A DNA stretch of 55,742 nucleotides, counting the filler, from Catajapyx aquilonaris (Eukaryota), in assembly GCA_000934665.2 (NCBI GenBank). It is 3 parts of 3 records of this genome, joined end to end, with 100 filler letters (N's around TTAATTAATTAA, not from the genome) between each part and the next. Parts side by side here need not be neighbours in the genome. Positions count along the whole stretch, not along the records: positions 18,639 to 37,112 come from JYFJ02006668.1; 2 more parts are not named here. One strand, given 5' to 3'. The position numbers and the translations under genes were made by a program. Below the pieces are notes generated by a model, which worked only from the letters and a program-made list of their open reading frames with translations, had not been told where the DNA came from and made no database searches. The number at the start of each line of letters is the position of its first letter. The first letter of the stretch is position 1. Positions 24,611 to 37,212 of this stretch are shown here, in pieces.

Positions 24611-25404
24611 GATGGCAATAAGCATACCATTCTAACAATTCCATACTATCGTTTAAAGAAAAAACCCGTCGCCCGCAATATGACCCACTGTATTGCAATA
24701 TTTACGCTAATATTATTGGTTGGTCCTTAGGATGATTAAATTAATGATCATCCTAAGACCTCTCTGGTGCAAAACATTACCACCTCTTTCAGGTACTGTG
24801 ACATTCTAATATTGTAAATGTTCCTATTGAAATCTCACTGTCAGTAGAATGTACCGTATGTAAAATGACCAAATTAACACATACCATTTATGGCCAAAGG
24901 TCATATTTTCAGATACATAGCATGGAATAACTATTTGAACTTTGACCCCTTAAAAAGTGGTCAATGGGTCATGGGACCGAGGTCATTTCGGGCCAGTTCT
25001 TCGCACACTACGGGAGTTATTGGCCAAAAGACATTTGACCTCTTAAAAAGAGGTCACGGTCGTGGGACGGAGGTCATTTTGGGTCAGTTCTTTGCAGGGG
25101 CGGATCCAGGGTGGGGGTGTGACGGGGTCATGCCCCTCCCCCCCCCCCCAACCGTGGAAAGTGTAATATTTTCTAAATGTTAATCTCCAAATTAGGATGA
25201 TTTTTTGGAAAAAGTACTACCAATTTCATCAAATACTGTACACACCCATTCAAATATCCCACATTCACCTTCGCTCGTGTGACCTTGAACCCCCCCCCCA
25301 AATCGCAAGTCTGGAACCGCCCGTCTTGGCTGCATATAATCAGACGTCTATAAATTTTGATGAAGACGACTTCCCCTCCTGACCTATCATCACGTAGACT
25401 AGTG

Positions 25405-25505
25405 TGATGGTCACGTGATGTGGCGTGATGCATAGCCCAATCAGCGGCCTCGTCTGGACCGTTGGTGTCTTTTGTGGTGGGGCGGTGGAGTGACGTCACA
25501 GGGAC
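25405..25505 (+). promoter_or_regulatory. Proximal promoter of the Myb gene: E-box, CCAAT, GC box, CRE
   Basis: CACGTG 25412-25417, CCAAT 25437-25441, GGGCGG ~25480, TGACGTCA 25491-25498; these lie 115-200 bp upstream of the ATG at 25614. Confidence 0.6.
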
Positions 25506-25613
25506 GCCGCGGCCATATTTCCCCTTTGTCTCTCTCTCTCTGGAAGAAGAGTCGGAGGGTGAAGAGGAAACGCTTGTTGTTGCCCTCCCAATTTCCTCCG
25601 GAGGCGACTAAAG

Positions 25614-28600
25614 ATGGACAATAAGCCGCCGGACAGTCCATCCTCACCCAGCTGGGAATACATGTCCAAGTCAGCCTCCAGCAGCTCGGAATCCATCAGG
25701 GACCCCAGCCCCAAATCCAGGGAGGCCAGCTCGGAATCCGTGGCCTCCACCTCCTCCGCCTCGCCATCAGCAGATGACTCCAAGAATAAGGAGATGAGGA
25801 ACGCAAGTGGTGGTGGTGGTGGTGATGCAGGGAAGGTGCGTTTCGGCGAGTGGGACGTGATGGAGGCCAAGGGACCGGTGGTGTCCATCTGCGTGGACAT
25901 GCTCCAGGTGTACTGCCAGCCACCCTCCGCACCGCTCCCACCCATGCCAGACGACTTCATGGAATACCCCAATGAGTTTGGAAGCACCCGTGTCAGGTAT
26001 GCATCACGCAGGTTAGACTACATTAGAGCCACATTGTTTTAAAAGACCCGAAATTTCTAAGGATTTCTGGGAAATAATCAAGATTCCACATTTTTACAGA
26101 AGTTGTGCATGGATTGGCCAAAAATCTTGCTTCTAACAATGACAGCTGATAAACTGCCCAACGCAAGTGCATCTCGCAGCAATTTAACTTTGTTGCATAA
26201 TGTTTGTGAACAAGCCAAAGGAAACATAATTATACCATATGCCAGATTGTAAACTACTTTTTTAGAACATTGTGAAACAATAACAAGTGCAATTTTATCA
26301 CAGTGTCTTTGTATTAATTGTACAAAAAAATCTCTGGGAGTTAAGAAAGTCAGACAAGATGAGTGTAATCTACATCTACAGTAGGGACAAGATAAAGATA
26401 ACTCATGCGTTTTGGGAGGTGGCTTTAAGAGTCCTTGGCCACCATGTAATTGGCCAGGCCCCCTGCTGAGTTTTGTATGGAATTTAGAACGGTTGGTGGG
26501 GAAATATTTCCCCTCTGCTGGATAGTTAGTGTAAACAGGCTCATCTCATTCTTGAGGTTTTAGAACATAACGCCCATCTCCTTTGAAATAGAATCCTGAT
26601 TGGTCGACCGGTAGGGGGTGGGGTTAATTAGTTGGTTGCCAAGGACACAAGCCACCTCCCAAAACGAATGAGTTATCTTGTCCCTACTGTACACATCTAC
26701 ATCTACACACACGTTTTATTTGAGTTTGTTTGCTATTGAAATCCAGGGGAAGGCTCCTACACCGCCTTAAACTACTGTAGCATATGGGGGGGGGGGAGGG
26801 GGGAGGGTTACTTTTTTCGAGGAATTTAACACCGCATGTTTCAGCGTCCGTAAATGAGCCTAACTCCCACACTAAGCATATTCCTGATTCCTCTCCCTAC
26901 TCTCCTTAACAATAAGCAACCTAACAATATAAACATATCAATATGAACAATATCCCTTACAACAATATTTCTCAAGTTCCCATGGAAATGTCACCATTCA
27001 TATTATTGATGTCTCACGCCCTTTTTCTCACACGTCCTTCAATTCAACGCATCTGTCAACTACGCTACCCTAGGCACTATGGCCACCTGACATGAGTTCG
27101 TATCATATAGTCATGCCAGGAAGAAAACTGCATGGGATTTCTTGTAAGTAGACTTGCCAGGCACAAATGAAACCCGCCATGCAACATTACACATTTTTAA
27201 TTGAAAATTTTCCAACTTGTATAGGCACATTTATTCAGGGCAAACATAGGGGACAAGGAGGAGGGGGGTATTTTGAAGAAGAAAAAAATCTATATAAATA
27301 GAGCTGTTTGTGAGTCTGTCCGTCTGTCCGCCTGCCAACCGGTGTTGGGGGTTGACTACAGATGGCAGGAAAATGACTGTTGCCGTTATACAGGTGGGAG
27401 AGGTTGAAGGTGTGACCACAGATGGCATTGGTGGGCGGACACACAGAAAGACAGACAGTTGACGGGGCTACTGGCAGTTGTTTTCCCTTCATTCATTTCT
27501 TCCCGGGGCGCAGCTAGTTAAATATATGTACAGTTCAATGTTCTCATTTTTACCCCCCTTTTCCAGAAAGCACCAGGTGAAAAACCAGGAGGTGGACATG
27601 GAAGACCCCTTACAGATTTATAACCAGAACTTCATCCAAACTTTTCACTGCTATCAGGGACATCAGGACCTACATTTACTTGAGATGATTAAGAAAAGGG
27701 CATCCAGGAAGTCATGTAAGCCAAATATTTGATGGTTTGTAGGATACTTTGAGCACACCCAGCCTGATTGATTGAATTACCTTACAGGGTCTGCCGATGA
27801 ACTGCAACGCTTGAAAGCAAAAGTTATAGAAGAAATTGAAGCTTTACGTAAAGACCACTTTGATGGAACCCTGAGGATGTCACTAATGGAGTATGTGCCC
27901 ATTGATGCTGATAGACTCCCAACAGATCCTGATATTCTGCAGAAGATAAAGAAGCCTCTAGACAAAATTAAAAACGCAACATTTCAAGAGGCTTGCAATT
28001 TATATGTGGGCAAACTGAACTGGAGGAAGATTGGTGGTGATTTGGTGGGTGTTTTGCAATTTCTGAAACCATGACATTAGCCTAAAGTTATTTTATTCTT
28101 TTGTATTCATAGTTTTCCTGCCCTGAATCAGCTGGAGATTGTGAACTAACATGGAAAAGTCAACTAGATCCAGCCATTAATGTTGCCAAGTGGTCAGAGG
28201 ATGAAGTTTGTCAGTTGAAGAATTTGGTTTATGAATATAAAGGCCGTAGCTGGAAGGAAGTGGCTGAGAGGCTTGGGGCAGGGAGAACTGAAATTCATTG
28301 CTTCAAGAAAGCCAATGAGACACGTCCAGGAAACCCATGGTCTAGCCTTGGGCCTAGCAAAGACACAGACTCAGAGGCCAACAAAGCAAATGGCAACAAG
28401 GAGAATTGTGACAAGTCACATTCTTCACAGAAAGTGCAAGACGAAGGGCGCAAGTGGACTGTAGCAGAAGATGCATTACTGCGGTCTCTTGTAGCTAGTT
28501 GCACTGCTTCTAAAGGAAAAGAGATACGTTGGGCTCAAGTGGCATCTCGCATGCCAAACCGAACCAAGGCCCAGGTGCATGCTAGGTGGAATTATTCTCT

Positions 28601-31600
28601 AAAGGACACAATCAGGAGGGGTCGATTCACTGCTGATGAGGATAAAATGCTTCTGGAGGGGATTGGTGAGATGGGGCAGGATTTCCCAAGGATCTCCAAA
28701 GAAATCATGACATGGCGCACTTCAGTACAACTGAGGGATAGATACAACTCGTACCTCCAACCGGGAATGAAGTTTGGCTCATGGTCTCAGTAAGTAGTAT
28801 GCATAAAGATTCTTCATTAGGTGAAGTTACACCATAGAGGCGAATGCACTCAAGCATGGTTACCATGAGGTGCGAATCCACCTAACCTGCTGCTGTGGGG
28901 GTAGTACTGTCTTACACTTCATGCATCCACATATGCATGTTCATTGTCAGCAATTTTTTTTAGAAAAGGGAACTACTGTACTTGTAGTTTTTAAGACAAA
29001 TCCACCAGGATGTACAAATCATAGGTATGGGAGAGGGCATGTAGATGACATTTTATTGAAGTTAGCTTCTTTTTTTCACTATCAAAATATAAGCTTTTGG
29101 ACATAAGGAGGCCTGATTATAAAACAAAATAAGGGGAAGAAATATTAATAATGTTTTTATACGTCTCAAAAATGAAGGTAAATATTTCTCCGGAATGCCA
29201 ATTTTTCCAAATCTTGCACATGCTTGCTCAGTGTCACAAGATATTTCTCACAATATGCTTGATGTGGGAGCAAGTTTCACTCTTCTTGTGCATGTAGGAC
29301 TATAATTGAAATAACTTTTGATTGATGTAATTTACAGGGAGGAAGACGTGACACTATATAATGCGGTAAAAAAATATGGACATGGGAACTGGAGCGAGGT
29401 TGCGCAACAACTTCCTGGTCGAACTAGAGCAACATGCAGGTTCCGATACAAGAGAGTAATGAAGGTACTTGAGGCTCATCCAGGAAAAACTGTGAGTAAT
29501 TAATATGACAACATATTTTTTGAGATTGGAAAGGTTCTAAATTCAACTTTTCTCAAAAATGAGAGCCCGTTATAGCCCTACACTAACACAGAAATTTGAG
29601 CTGTATTATCAAATCATTTATCTGTTACGAAATAAATATGCTTCAAAGACTTGATTAAAGTAAAACGCAAATTATAATTTATTTTAGCATTACACTACTT
29701 CATCTGACACTAGTTTTGATTGGTAAGTGATAATGGAATGAATTTCCTTCCATTGGCTCACTCAAGCAGAGGGCACAGTTAGGCTGCGAACACAACTTGG
29801 ATGATTTAGCACATGCACCGATGCACGTGAATAAGTTCGCCTATTTTGTGAAGTTGAAATCAGGGTTGTGAACCGAACCGAACCCTTGCTCCGTGAACCC
29901 GATAACATCAGAGCCGCTCCGGAGCAGTAGAGCCTGGTCTGGAGCGAGCGTCAGAGGTTTGGGTTCGAGCGGGTTCAGGAGCTGAGTGGAGCTAAGGTCG
30001 GAGCGGGTCCGGAGTTTGGTTGTGCCAATGGGTCCGGAGCTGAACCCAGGTACAGAGCGGGTTTGGAGCGGTTCAGAGCTTGGTTAGGTTATACATACCA
30101 ACTCAACGGGTAGAAAGGCACAAAAACCGCTGGATTTACTCCAACGTATGCATAATGTTTTTGTGCTGGCAGAATGACATTTCCAAGCACCCGCGATACA
30201 GGGTGTATCACAAATGTCACATTTTTATGTCATACGCATTTGTGGATGTCACAATAATTATGTCATACCCATTTTTTTGATGTCACATTTTCATGTCATA
30301 CCAAGAGCTAATGGTCATATGCATTTTTTGTATGTTACAATATCATATTGTAACATCCAAAAAATGCGTATGACATTAAAATGTGACATTTGCGGTACAC
30401 CCTGTATTGCGGGTGCTTGGAAATGTCATTCTGCCAGCATGAAAACATGATGCATACATTGGAGTAAATCCAGCGGTTTTTCTGCCTTTCCACTCGTTGA
30501 GTATGACATAACCAAGCTCTGAACCGCTCCGAACCCGCTCTGGAACCGGGTTCGGCTCCGGACCCATTGGCCGAACCAAACTCCGGAGCAAGCTGGCAAG
30601 CTCCCAACCAAACTCCGGACCCGCTCCAACCTTGGCTCCACTCTGCTCCTGAACCCAAGACCTTGCCTGAACCAGCTCGAACCCGAACCAAGCTCTGATG
30701 CTCGCTCCAGACCCGGCTCTACTGCTCCAGAAGGGCTCCGATGTTATCGGGTTCACGGAGCAATGGTTTGCTTCGGTTCACAACCCTGGTTGAAACACTT
30801 TCCCATCTTTTTGAGACTCAATTTATCATTACTGATATCTATGTGAATAATTGACTCACTATCAGTAAAATAATTGACTTTGAATATTAAAAATTTTATG
30901 TGACCAGATCGAGAACATACAGCTGAAACGATACCGCAGAACCAACAGAATAAACAAGGCCATATCACTAGAAATTCCTGATACTGCTCAAGTGGAAAAC
31001 AATGCTCAGAGGAGCAAGAATAATGCGCATAATGTTCCTGTGACCAGAGCCCAGAAAACAAAGGCACTTGCAGAGAATATTCCAGTGGAAATGGTGAGTA
31101 GAGGAAGTAGGCAATATATATTTTAAATTTTTTTCTCTCTCTCTCTTACACAAAATTGTGCGTAACCATACCCATGTGACCAGGAGGCCAGTTGCAATGA
31201 GAAATCCAATGCAGCTAAGGCAATCAAGCCTCCAAATGGAAAGAAAAGGTCTTATAATAAGAGGAATCCTCAACAGTATAAGAATTGGTCGAATGATTTT
31301 AATCAGTGTCTTCAGGAGTCACATGTTCCACCAACTCGTCGAGGCAGGAAAAGAGGTAAATATATTGTGGAAAATTACATTTTCAGTATTTTTTTTGCAC
31401 TTTATGAATCAATTGAGTAATTACACAGTAATTTATTATTATAAATCATGAAAATGTGACTTAAAATGACGTTGAAGGGAGCTAAATTTAAACTCTAAAA
31501 GAAAAATTGATAGTAATTTGTAAAATTACAGTGTGAGAGGGCTACTTTGAACCATAGGTGTTCATCTTAGGTTAACGAGTAATGATTTTCTGACACTTTT

Positions 31601-32976
31601 CTGTTTTTCACCACAGCCAGAAACAAATGTTGGCTGCAAAAGAGCCAAAAATGTTTTCTCTTTCATTCCTGTCAACATTGAATAACGAACTCTTTTTTTT
31701 TTTTTTTGGTGGCTCTTTTCCTGTTGGAATATTATTTGTTGTTGTTGCAGAGATGGTGTCAATATTTTCGAAAACACATGCCAAATATGCGGCGACACAA
31801 TTTCCCACCAGTGGGAGTCCGAGATCTGATCTCTCCCTGGTAATTTTTCATTTTTGGATCGTGAAAGCTGGACAAGTCTGTCACAGGTTTTGCAAAAAAA
31901 TTCACAACATAACAAGTCATCATCACTAGGATAAAGCTGCATTTACATGTGAGCAATTTCATCGGCGATGTTGCAGCGCTGAGGCCAATTGTTTGGGGTG
32001 AAAATACTGTATATCATTACCACGTTTGTTACTTTCACTCAGCAATGATAAACATCACTGCAACATCGCCGATCAAATCGCTCGCATGTAAATGTGGCTT
32101 ACCTTTCACATAGTTGCTTTAGACAGGGTGCAAGGCCATATTGGCCGGGTCTTCCCCACTCAACTATTATTTAAAAGTTGCTTTAGACACACTTTTTTTC
32201 ATGTGTAGCCTGTCTACTGAATTTTTGCCAAGTAGAGATGAGTTCAAGCACTACTCTTCGCATGGTTATCATTTATTCGAGGAACATATTGTGACCTTCC
32301 CATGTTCTACAAAAGAAAATGGGGGTCGAAGTGGTCTAGAATTATGACTTGATTTTGGAGCAGATATAATTAGGAAATGACTAATCTTGCACTTGTTCAG
32401 TGAAATTCACAGATGCAGAAATAAACAAATTTGTGGAAGATGTTACTCAGAACCTTGCTCACTTGACAGTGAAAGTCAAGATTCCAGGGCAGTTGGAGCC
32501 AGGGTTAACTTCACATGATTGTGTACTACCCGTCATGAAGCAACTCAAAAGTATAGATATGTCCATTAGAAGGCTGAATTATTGTACCACTGCTTCTAAA
32601 TTACTAACTGCCATTTCTTGACCACACAGGTTCGGAACTGGAAAGCAAGTTTTCACAGAATAAGACAAGGTCACAACTCAAGAGACTTCAGAGCACTGCT
32701 GCCAATGGGAAGAACAGGGCTTCGTTGAAGTCTGGGATGAAACATAATGATTCCGGAATAAAGCAGTGCAAACAGCCTCTCCTTGCCCCTTGCAAGTCTT
32801 TTGGCCTTCTTCTTTTAAACTGGATGCAAAGACAGAAAGATGAAAAGAAGGATACGAGGATACCTGGCAGTAGTCTGCCAGGCAACCAAGGTGATGTGAC
32901 GAAGACCTTGAGGCATGTTTTTGCTGCGTGCGACGTCATTACTGATTTTTTGTGTGAAAATTATCATCCAAGGTAA
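25614..32976 (+). CDS. SNAPC4: Multi-Myb-repeat protein, SNAPC4/SNAP190-like (snRNA-activating complex subunit 4); exons ~25614-25996, 27567-27715, 27788-28044, 28113-28789, 29338-29491, 30909-31093, 31184-31355, 32401-32550, 32630-32976; 3' exons tentative
   Basis: Spliced translation gives a half repeat (NWRKIGGDL..CELTWKSQLDPAINVAKWSEDE) plus four Myb repeats (SWKEVAERLGAGRTEIHC; WTVAED..WAQVASRMPNRTKAQVHARW; FTADED..RTSVQLRDRY; WSQEED..GNWSEVAQQLPGRTRATCRFRY), the 4.5-repeat layout of SNAP190. Confidence 0.8.
27289..27517 (+). mobile_element. Short non-autonomous Helitron in intron 1
   Basis: 5' A|TCTATATAAATAG followed by ctgtccgt microsatellite; 3' cccggggcgcagCTAG|T; inserted at an AT dinucleotide. 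Confidence 0.7.
29861..30788. mobile_element. hAT-like fold-back MITE (intronic)
   Basis: Ends CAGGGTTGTGAACCGAA...TTCGGTTCACAACCCTG; 8-bp TSD gttgaaat/gttgaaac; arms are complementary over their whole length. Confidence 0.85.
30199..30404. mobile_element. Tc1/mariner-type MITE nested at the centre of the hAT MITE
   Basis: TA|CAGGGTGTA...TACACCCTG|TA with ~60-bp TIRs. Confidence 0.75.
31935..32099. mobile_element. Small MITE (possibly PIF/Harbinger-like)
   Basis: agctgcatttacatgtgagcaattt.atcggcgatgttgcag pairs with ctgcaacatcgccgat.aaatcgctcgcatgtaaatgtggct. Confidence 0.6.
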
Positions 32977-33204
32977 TTAATAATTCTTACTTACATAAGC
33001 ATTCACAGTTAACAGATGATCACTTCTTTATGATGTGTACTACTACCTAGTTCAGTAAGGCAACGACTGTATAGGATGAATTATTCTTTTCCTCCAACAC
33101 TAACATTTTTGGTGCAAAAGTTTCATACTAGAGTAGTTTGAATTGAAAAATTGAAAGCCCGTATTACAAATCTATAATATTAAAATGCTTGCGATCTATG
33201 AATA

Positions 33205-33562
33205 AGCCCTCTGATTGGTCCGCCCCCGTATTGTTGCCGCCACCTCTTCCCATTGGCCCCCGTCCATTGTTGCTGCGTCGTATCCATGGCGCATTGTTAC
33301 CACGACACCTCCGATTGGCCCCCGTTCCGAGCATGCGCAGTGGGGGTGGAATCCGTCCAGTTGCCGGCTGACCTCCTTGGGAGAAGGTCGCTTTTTTTCG
33401 TCTCTCCCGCCGCCGCGCCGTCATCATCACGCCGGACCTTTTTCCCTTCCCCACCTACCATACCTGTCCCCCCTTCCACGTGCCCCTTCGCCGCGGGTCA
33501 CTGGTGGTTATTGAAAAATGGCCGTAGGCACTGGTGAAGACGGGTGCAGAATAATGTAAGTT
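33205..33562 (+). promoter_or_regulatory. GC-rich promoter-like region with possible non-coding first exon
   Basis: Three ATTGG (reverse CCAAT) boxes, CCGCCC, GCATGCGCA at ~33330, AAAATGGC at ~33514, then a GTAAGT donor at ~33556. Confidence 0.45.
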
Positions 33563-33902
33563 CGAAATTCGAAATTTACCATTGCTGATCGGGCTGCTTA
33601 GGAACTGCGTGCGTAATAGGCCTACCCATGCGCGGTGCTTTCACAGATGGGAAGTACAGTACACTGTCTTCGGGGCACTTCTTTCGGTGTATAGTGTCGG
33701 AAACTGACTACCGTCGAATGCGTAGAATCGAACGTAAGAAGCCGGTTGCAAATATCACGCGTTCGAATTATTAGCCTGGAACGTACTATATTGTTGGATT
33801 TCCAGACTGCCAACTGGCAGGTTATTTATTTATACAGTCAGTGAAGGTCATTGAGTTGGCACAACAACTGGCAACCACCAACAATAGATTCCAATATTAT
33901 TA

Positions 33903-34296
33903 CACTGTACTCCCGATTATCAGGGTGCGGATAATACGTGCATCGCCATAATGTAAACATTTACATCCGAAAAAATGTCTTGAATTTTTTTCCCACTGCT
34001 AGATAGTGCATACTGATAACTCAACAGTGGTACGGAAATTCAACCCAATATCAATATCAATGTCTCACCAACGAAAAAATATATACCATACTTACTCTAG
34101 AAGAGAAAGTAAAAATCTATGGTAAGTTTTATTTTTTGGATTAACCAAGCAAGCAGCATGCTCTTTTCATAGTATAGTACATCAACAACCTGTGAATAGC
34201 TCCCTTCCCAGGACCATTTTCCGATTGTCCGTGTTTCCCAATTATCTGGCAACACCCGTGCAGTCATTAGCTTGGATAATAATCGGGAGTACAGTG
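33903..34296. mobile_element. Tc1/mariner-pogo-type MITE
   Basis: TA|CACTGTACTCCCGATTAT...ATAATCGGGAGTACAGTG|TA. Confidence 0.8.
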
Positions 34297-34604
34297 TACC
34301 TATATGTGTATACAGACTGTATAGGGTCGCCCAGCTGTATTGTTGTATAAACACTGGGTAAGCTCGGTTCGCCACCTTGAATCGCACCCATCATTGGAAC
34401 CACAGATGGGAGCTGTATTTTCAAATTGCGCACCCTCAACCCTTTCACAAGTTTTTGGCAGGTTTTTGGGCCGTCTCTTTCCTTCATTTTGTTCAAAATT
34501 CGATGTTGGAGTGATATTAATGAATAACAACTCTGCGCCAAAATTAATCATTTAAATTCGTGGTGGTCCTTTTGATTGTAAAATGCCGGAGAAAAATTCA
34601 TATA

Positions 34605-35130
34605 CAGGGTGTCCCGCATAATAAACTTTTCCGAATCGTGCGGCTCTCAGAAAGTCGATAGGCCTCACAAGGTTACTCAGTGATTATGGTACATTGTTCT
34701 TATGGTTGCATAATATTACCACAACACTGTACTATGATAAACTCCCAAGGGTCGGGGAGGTGTTGATGGCCGAGATGATAACGTCTCGGCTTGCTGAGTG
34801 AAAGGCCCCAGGTTCGATCCCCACCTGGGGAACTTTCCTTTCACCTGTGTCAGGAGGGTCTCTCACCTGCACCAATTAAGTGTCTGGCAACGTAACCTCC
34901 TGGGGAACAGCACATGACCCCTTTACAGATTTTGCACTTGCACCTATGTTCCCTCCCCAAAAAATCCGTACCCCTACCCTACATCCTTGACTCCTTGCAC
35001 CGGATATTGAAGTTAAAATCTAGAAAAATGGAGGGAAATGGTGGTATTCCACCTCCCTAAAAAGGCTCCGCCTTATCACGGGGTAACTTTAAAAAAACTC
35101 CCAAGAGTCCATACTTTACGGGGCACCCTG
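34605..35130. mobile_element. Tc1/mariner-type MITE interrupted by a SINE
   Basis: TA|CAGGGTGTCCCGCA...TACGGGGCACCCTG|TA. Confidence 0.7.
34750..35097 (+). mobile_element. Full-length tRNA-derived SINE with TSD
   Basis: A box TGGCCGAGATG, B box GGTTCGATCCC, short A tail, flanked by direct repeat AAACTCCCAAG (34739-34749, 35095-35105). Confidence 0.85.
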
Positions 35131-36292
35131 TACTAAGGGAACATGTTTACATAAACGATCACGTGGGAGCAACGTGACCTTGGCATATACGACTCAAATT
35201 GGCGGGAACAGGGGGGAGGGGAATCTGAAGTTGCCATGGTAGTTGAGTCACAATCCAAGAGATGGCAGGAGCATATTGAACCGGGTTTGGCACTGAAAAG
35301 TTCGCCTTCTCTATGCACATCCTCGAGGGCTAAATTCACAAACCATCAGGACATCGTAATATTATGATGTATTAGCCGTCAAAGGTTTAATATAAGGAGG
35401 GGGGAGAGAGGGGGGAGGGGATTATGATGAGGATAATAATTGTTGGGTGAGCATCATTAAGAACATGGCCTACACCGCAGGCCTGCGCCCTAGGAAAAGG
35501 CGAGCGGAGCGAGGATTTTCCTAGTAGCTTTAATAAATTCCAATGTAGTGGGCTAAATACAGGATGTTGCAGAAAGATACCAACAGACTTTTAGTGTGAC
35601 CTCTTATGAGCCAAAGGATTTCTGTACCCATCCAGTTCGAGTTCACAGGGTCCTGTGACTAAAAGTTTGTCCTGAAAGAACTAGTTGGTAAATTTTTATT
35701 TGGAAAAAATAGACTGACAGAGGAAGTTTGTGTCTTTGGGGCACTAGTCCTATGCAACCCGAAAACTGTTTATTACTGTGACAGAATTCCAAAGTCCCAC
35801 TTGCCCCATGTAGCGGGGCAAGTGCGTCACTGTGCACCACGTCCATATTTTAATTATTTTTCGGAGCACCCACATAGATGAATGTTGTGCATAGGCCACT
35901 TTGAAAGTCAATAAGGTAAGGTATATTGTTCATTACTTTGGGGAGTGGCGCTGCGGTAATGTATGTGCCCACGATGTTAAGGTCCCAGGATCAAATCCCG
36001 CCCGGGAAAACCCCCTTCATCTCGTGCAGTTTAAGGCCATATCTGACTTTGTCTCGGGTGAATAGACTAAATCACCTGGGGGAGTTCACAAAATGACCTA
36101 AGCTACTGTGCTGCACTGCACCTTGCACGTCCCCTCCTGTCACCCTCCCTATCGCTCACAGTACGCGGGCGTTACGGAAAAGGACCAACGTGTACAAGCT
36201 TGTAATTTTGATCAAAAGCAAAATAAAGGTACTGTGCCAGATGCCCATAGGCTGTGCACTAAACCCATTATTGTTATATACACACACTCACA

Positions 36293-36861
36293 CAGGGTGT
36301 TTCACAGTCACGACAGGTCAAGCGGGCACGAGGGGATGGGGAAAAATCGTAGGTGGCGACAACCCCGGTCGGTTTTATAAAACAATTAGAAATACGGCAG
36401 TAATATACTTATTACGGCCGTACGGCGTGGCGTCACATCCTTTTTGTTCGAATTGACGGTCGCGGACTGGCCAGTGCAGCATGGGTTGAACCTGGTGGAA
36501 CGTCTTTTTAGCCTTGCGGGTTGCACTGAAAAAGGCACTCTCCTGCTATACCGGCAGGGTACTGTACACACTATGTACAGTAGTACACTACTTTGTACAG
36601 TACCCTACCAGTATAGCAGGAGTGGGCCTTTTTCAGTGCAATCCGCAAGGCTAAGAAGCCGTTCAACCCACTAGTGCACCTGCCAGTCCGTGCCAGTCAA
36701 ATCTAACAGAAAGGATATGACGTCACGCAGTACGGTCGTAATAAATAAATTGATTACTGCCATATTTCTAATTGTTTTATAAAACCGAACGGGGTTGTCG
36801 TCACCTACGATTTTTTCCCACCCCCTTGTGCGCGCTTGACCCATGACTCTGAAACACCCTG
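36293..36861. mobile_element. Palindromic Tc1/mariner-type MITE
   Basis: CAGGGTGTTTCA...TGAAACACCCTG|TA; arms complementary almost to the centre (~36575). Confidence 0.8.
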
Positions 36862-37112
36862 TATATTGTATTGTCCATATATTACTTTTTTGTCTCACTT
36901 GCTAATTACGTAGCATGCCTTTAAACTGCCCCTATTAATCAAAATCCATCTGCACTTGCCCCGCTTTACCCTATGTAATTTATCCTACACATTTCTTATT
37001 TAGTAAATAACATCCTTAAGGTGGAAATGAAGCTAGAGTCACTCAATGAGAATTTTATGAAAAAAACATATGTTACGCAGTTTTGTGTCCTCTTATCAAT
37101 GGTGCAAAGAAA

Positions 37113-37212
37113 NNNNNNNNNNNNNNNNNNNNNNNNNNNNNNNNNNNNNNNNNNNNTTAATTAATTAANNNNNNNNNNNNNNNNNNNNNNNNNNNNNNNN
37201 NNNNNNNNNNNN
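37113..37212. other. Artificial spacer / contig join
   Basis: 44 N + TTAATTAATTAA + 44 N. Confidence 0.97.

Noticed and set aside
9181..36010. tRNA genes at 9181, 19905-20175, 24530-24605, 34754 and ~35940
   Set aside because: Only A and B boxes are kept; I see no complete cloverleaf, and they continue into SINE bodies (one has a TSD and A tail).
18539..37212. TTAATTAATTAA within N runs as a biological motif, and gene neighbourhoods spanning the spacers
   Set aside because: The two 100-bp spacers are identical, have stops in all frames and separate near-equal segments; they are artificial joins.
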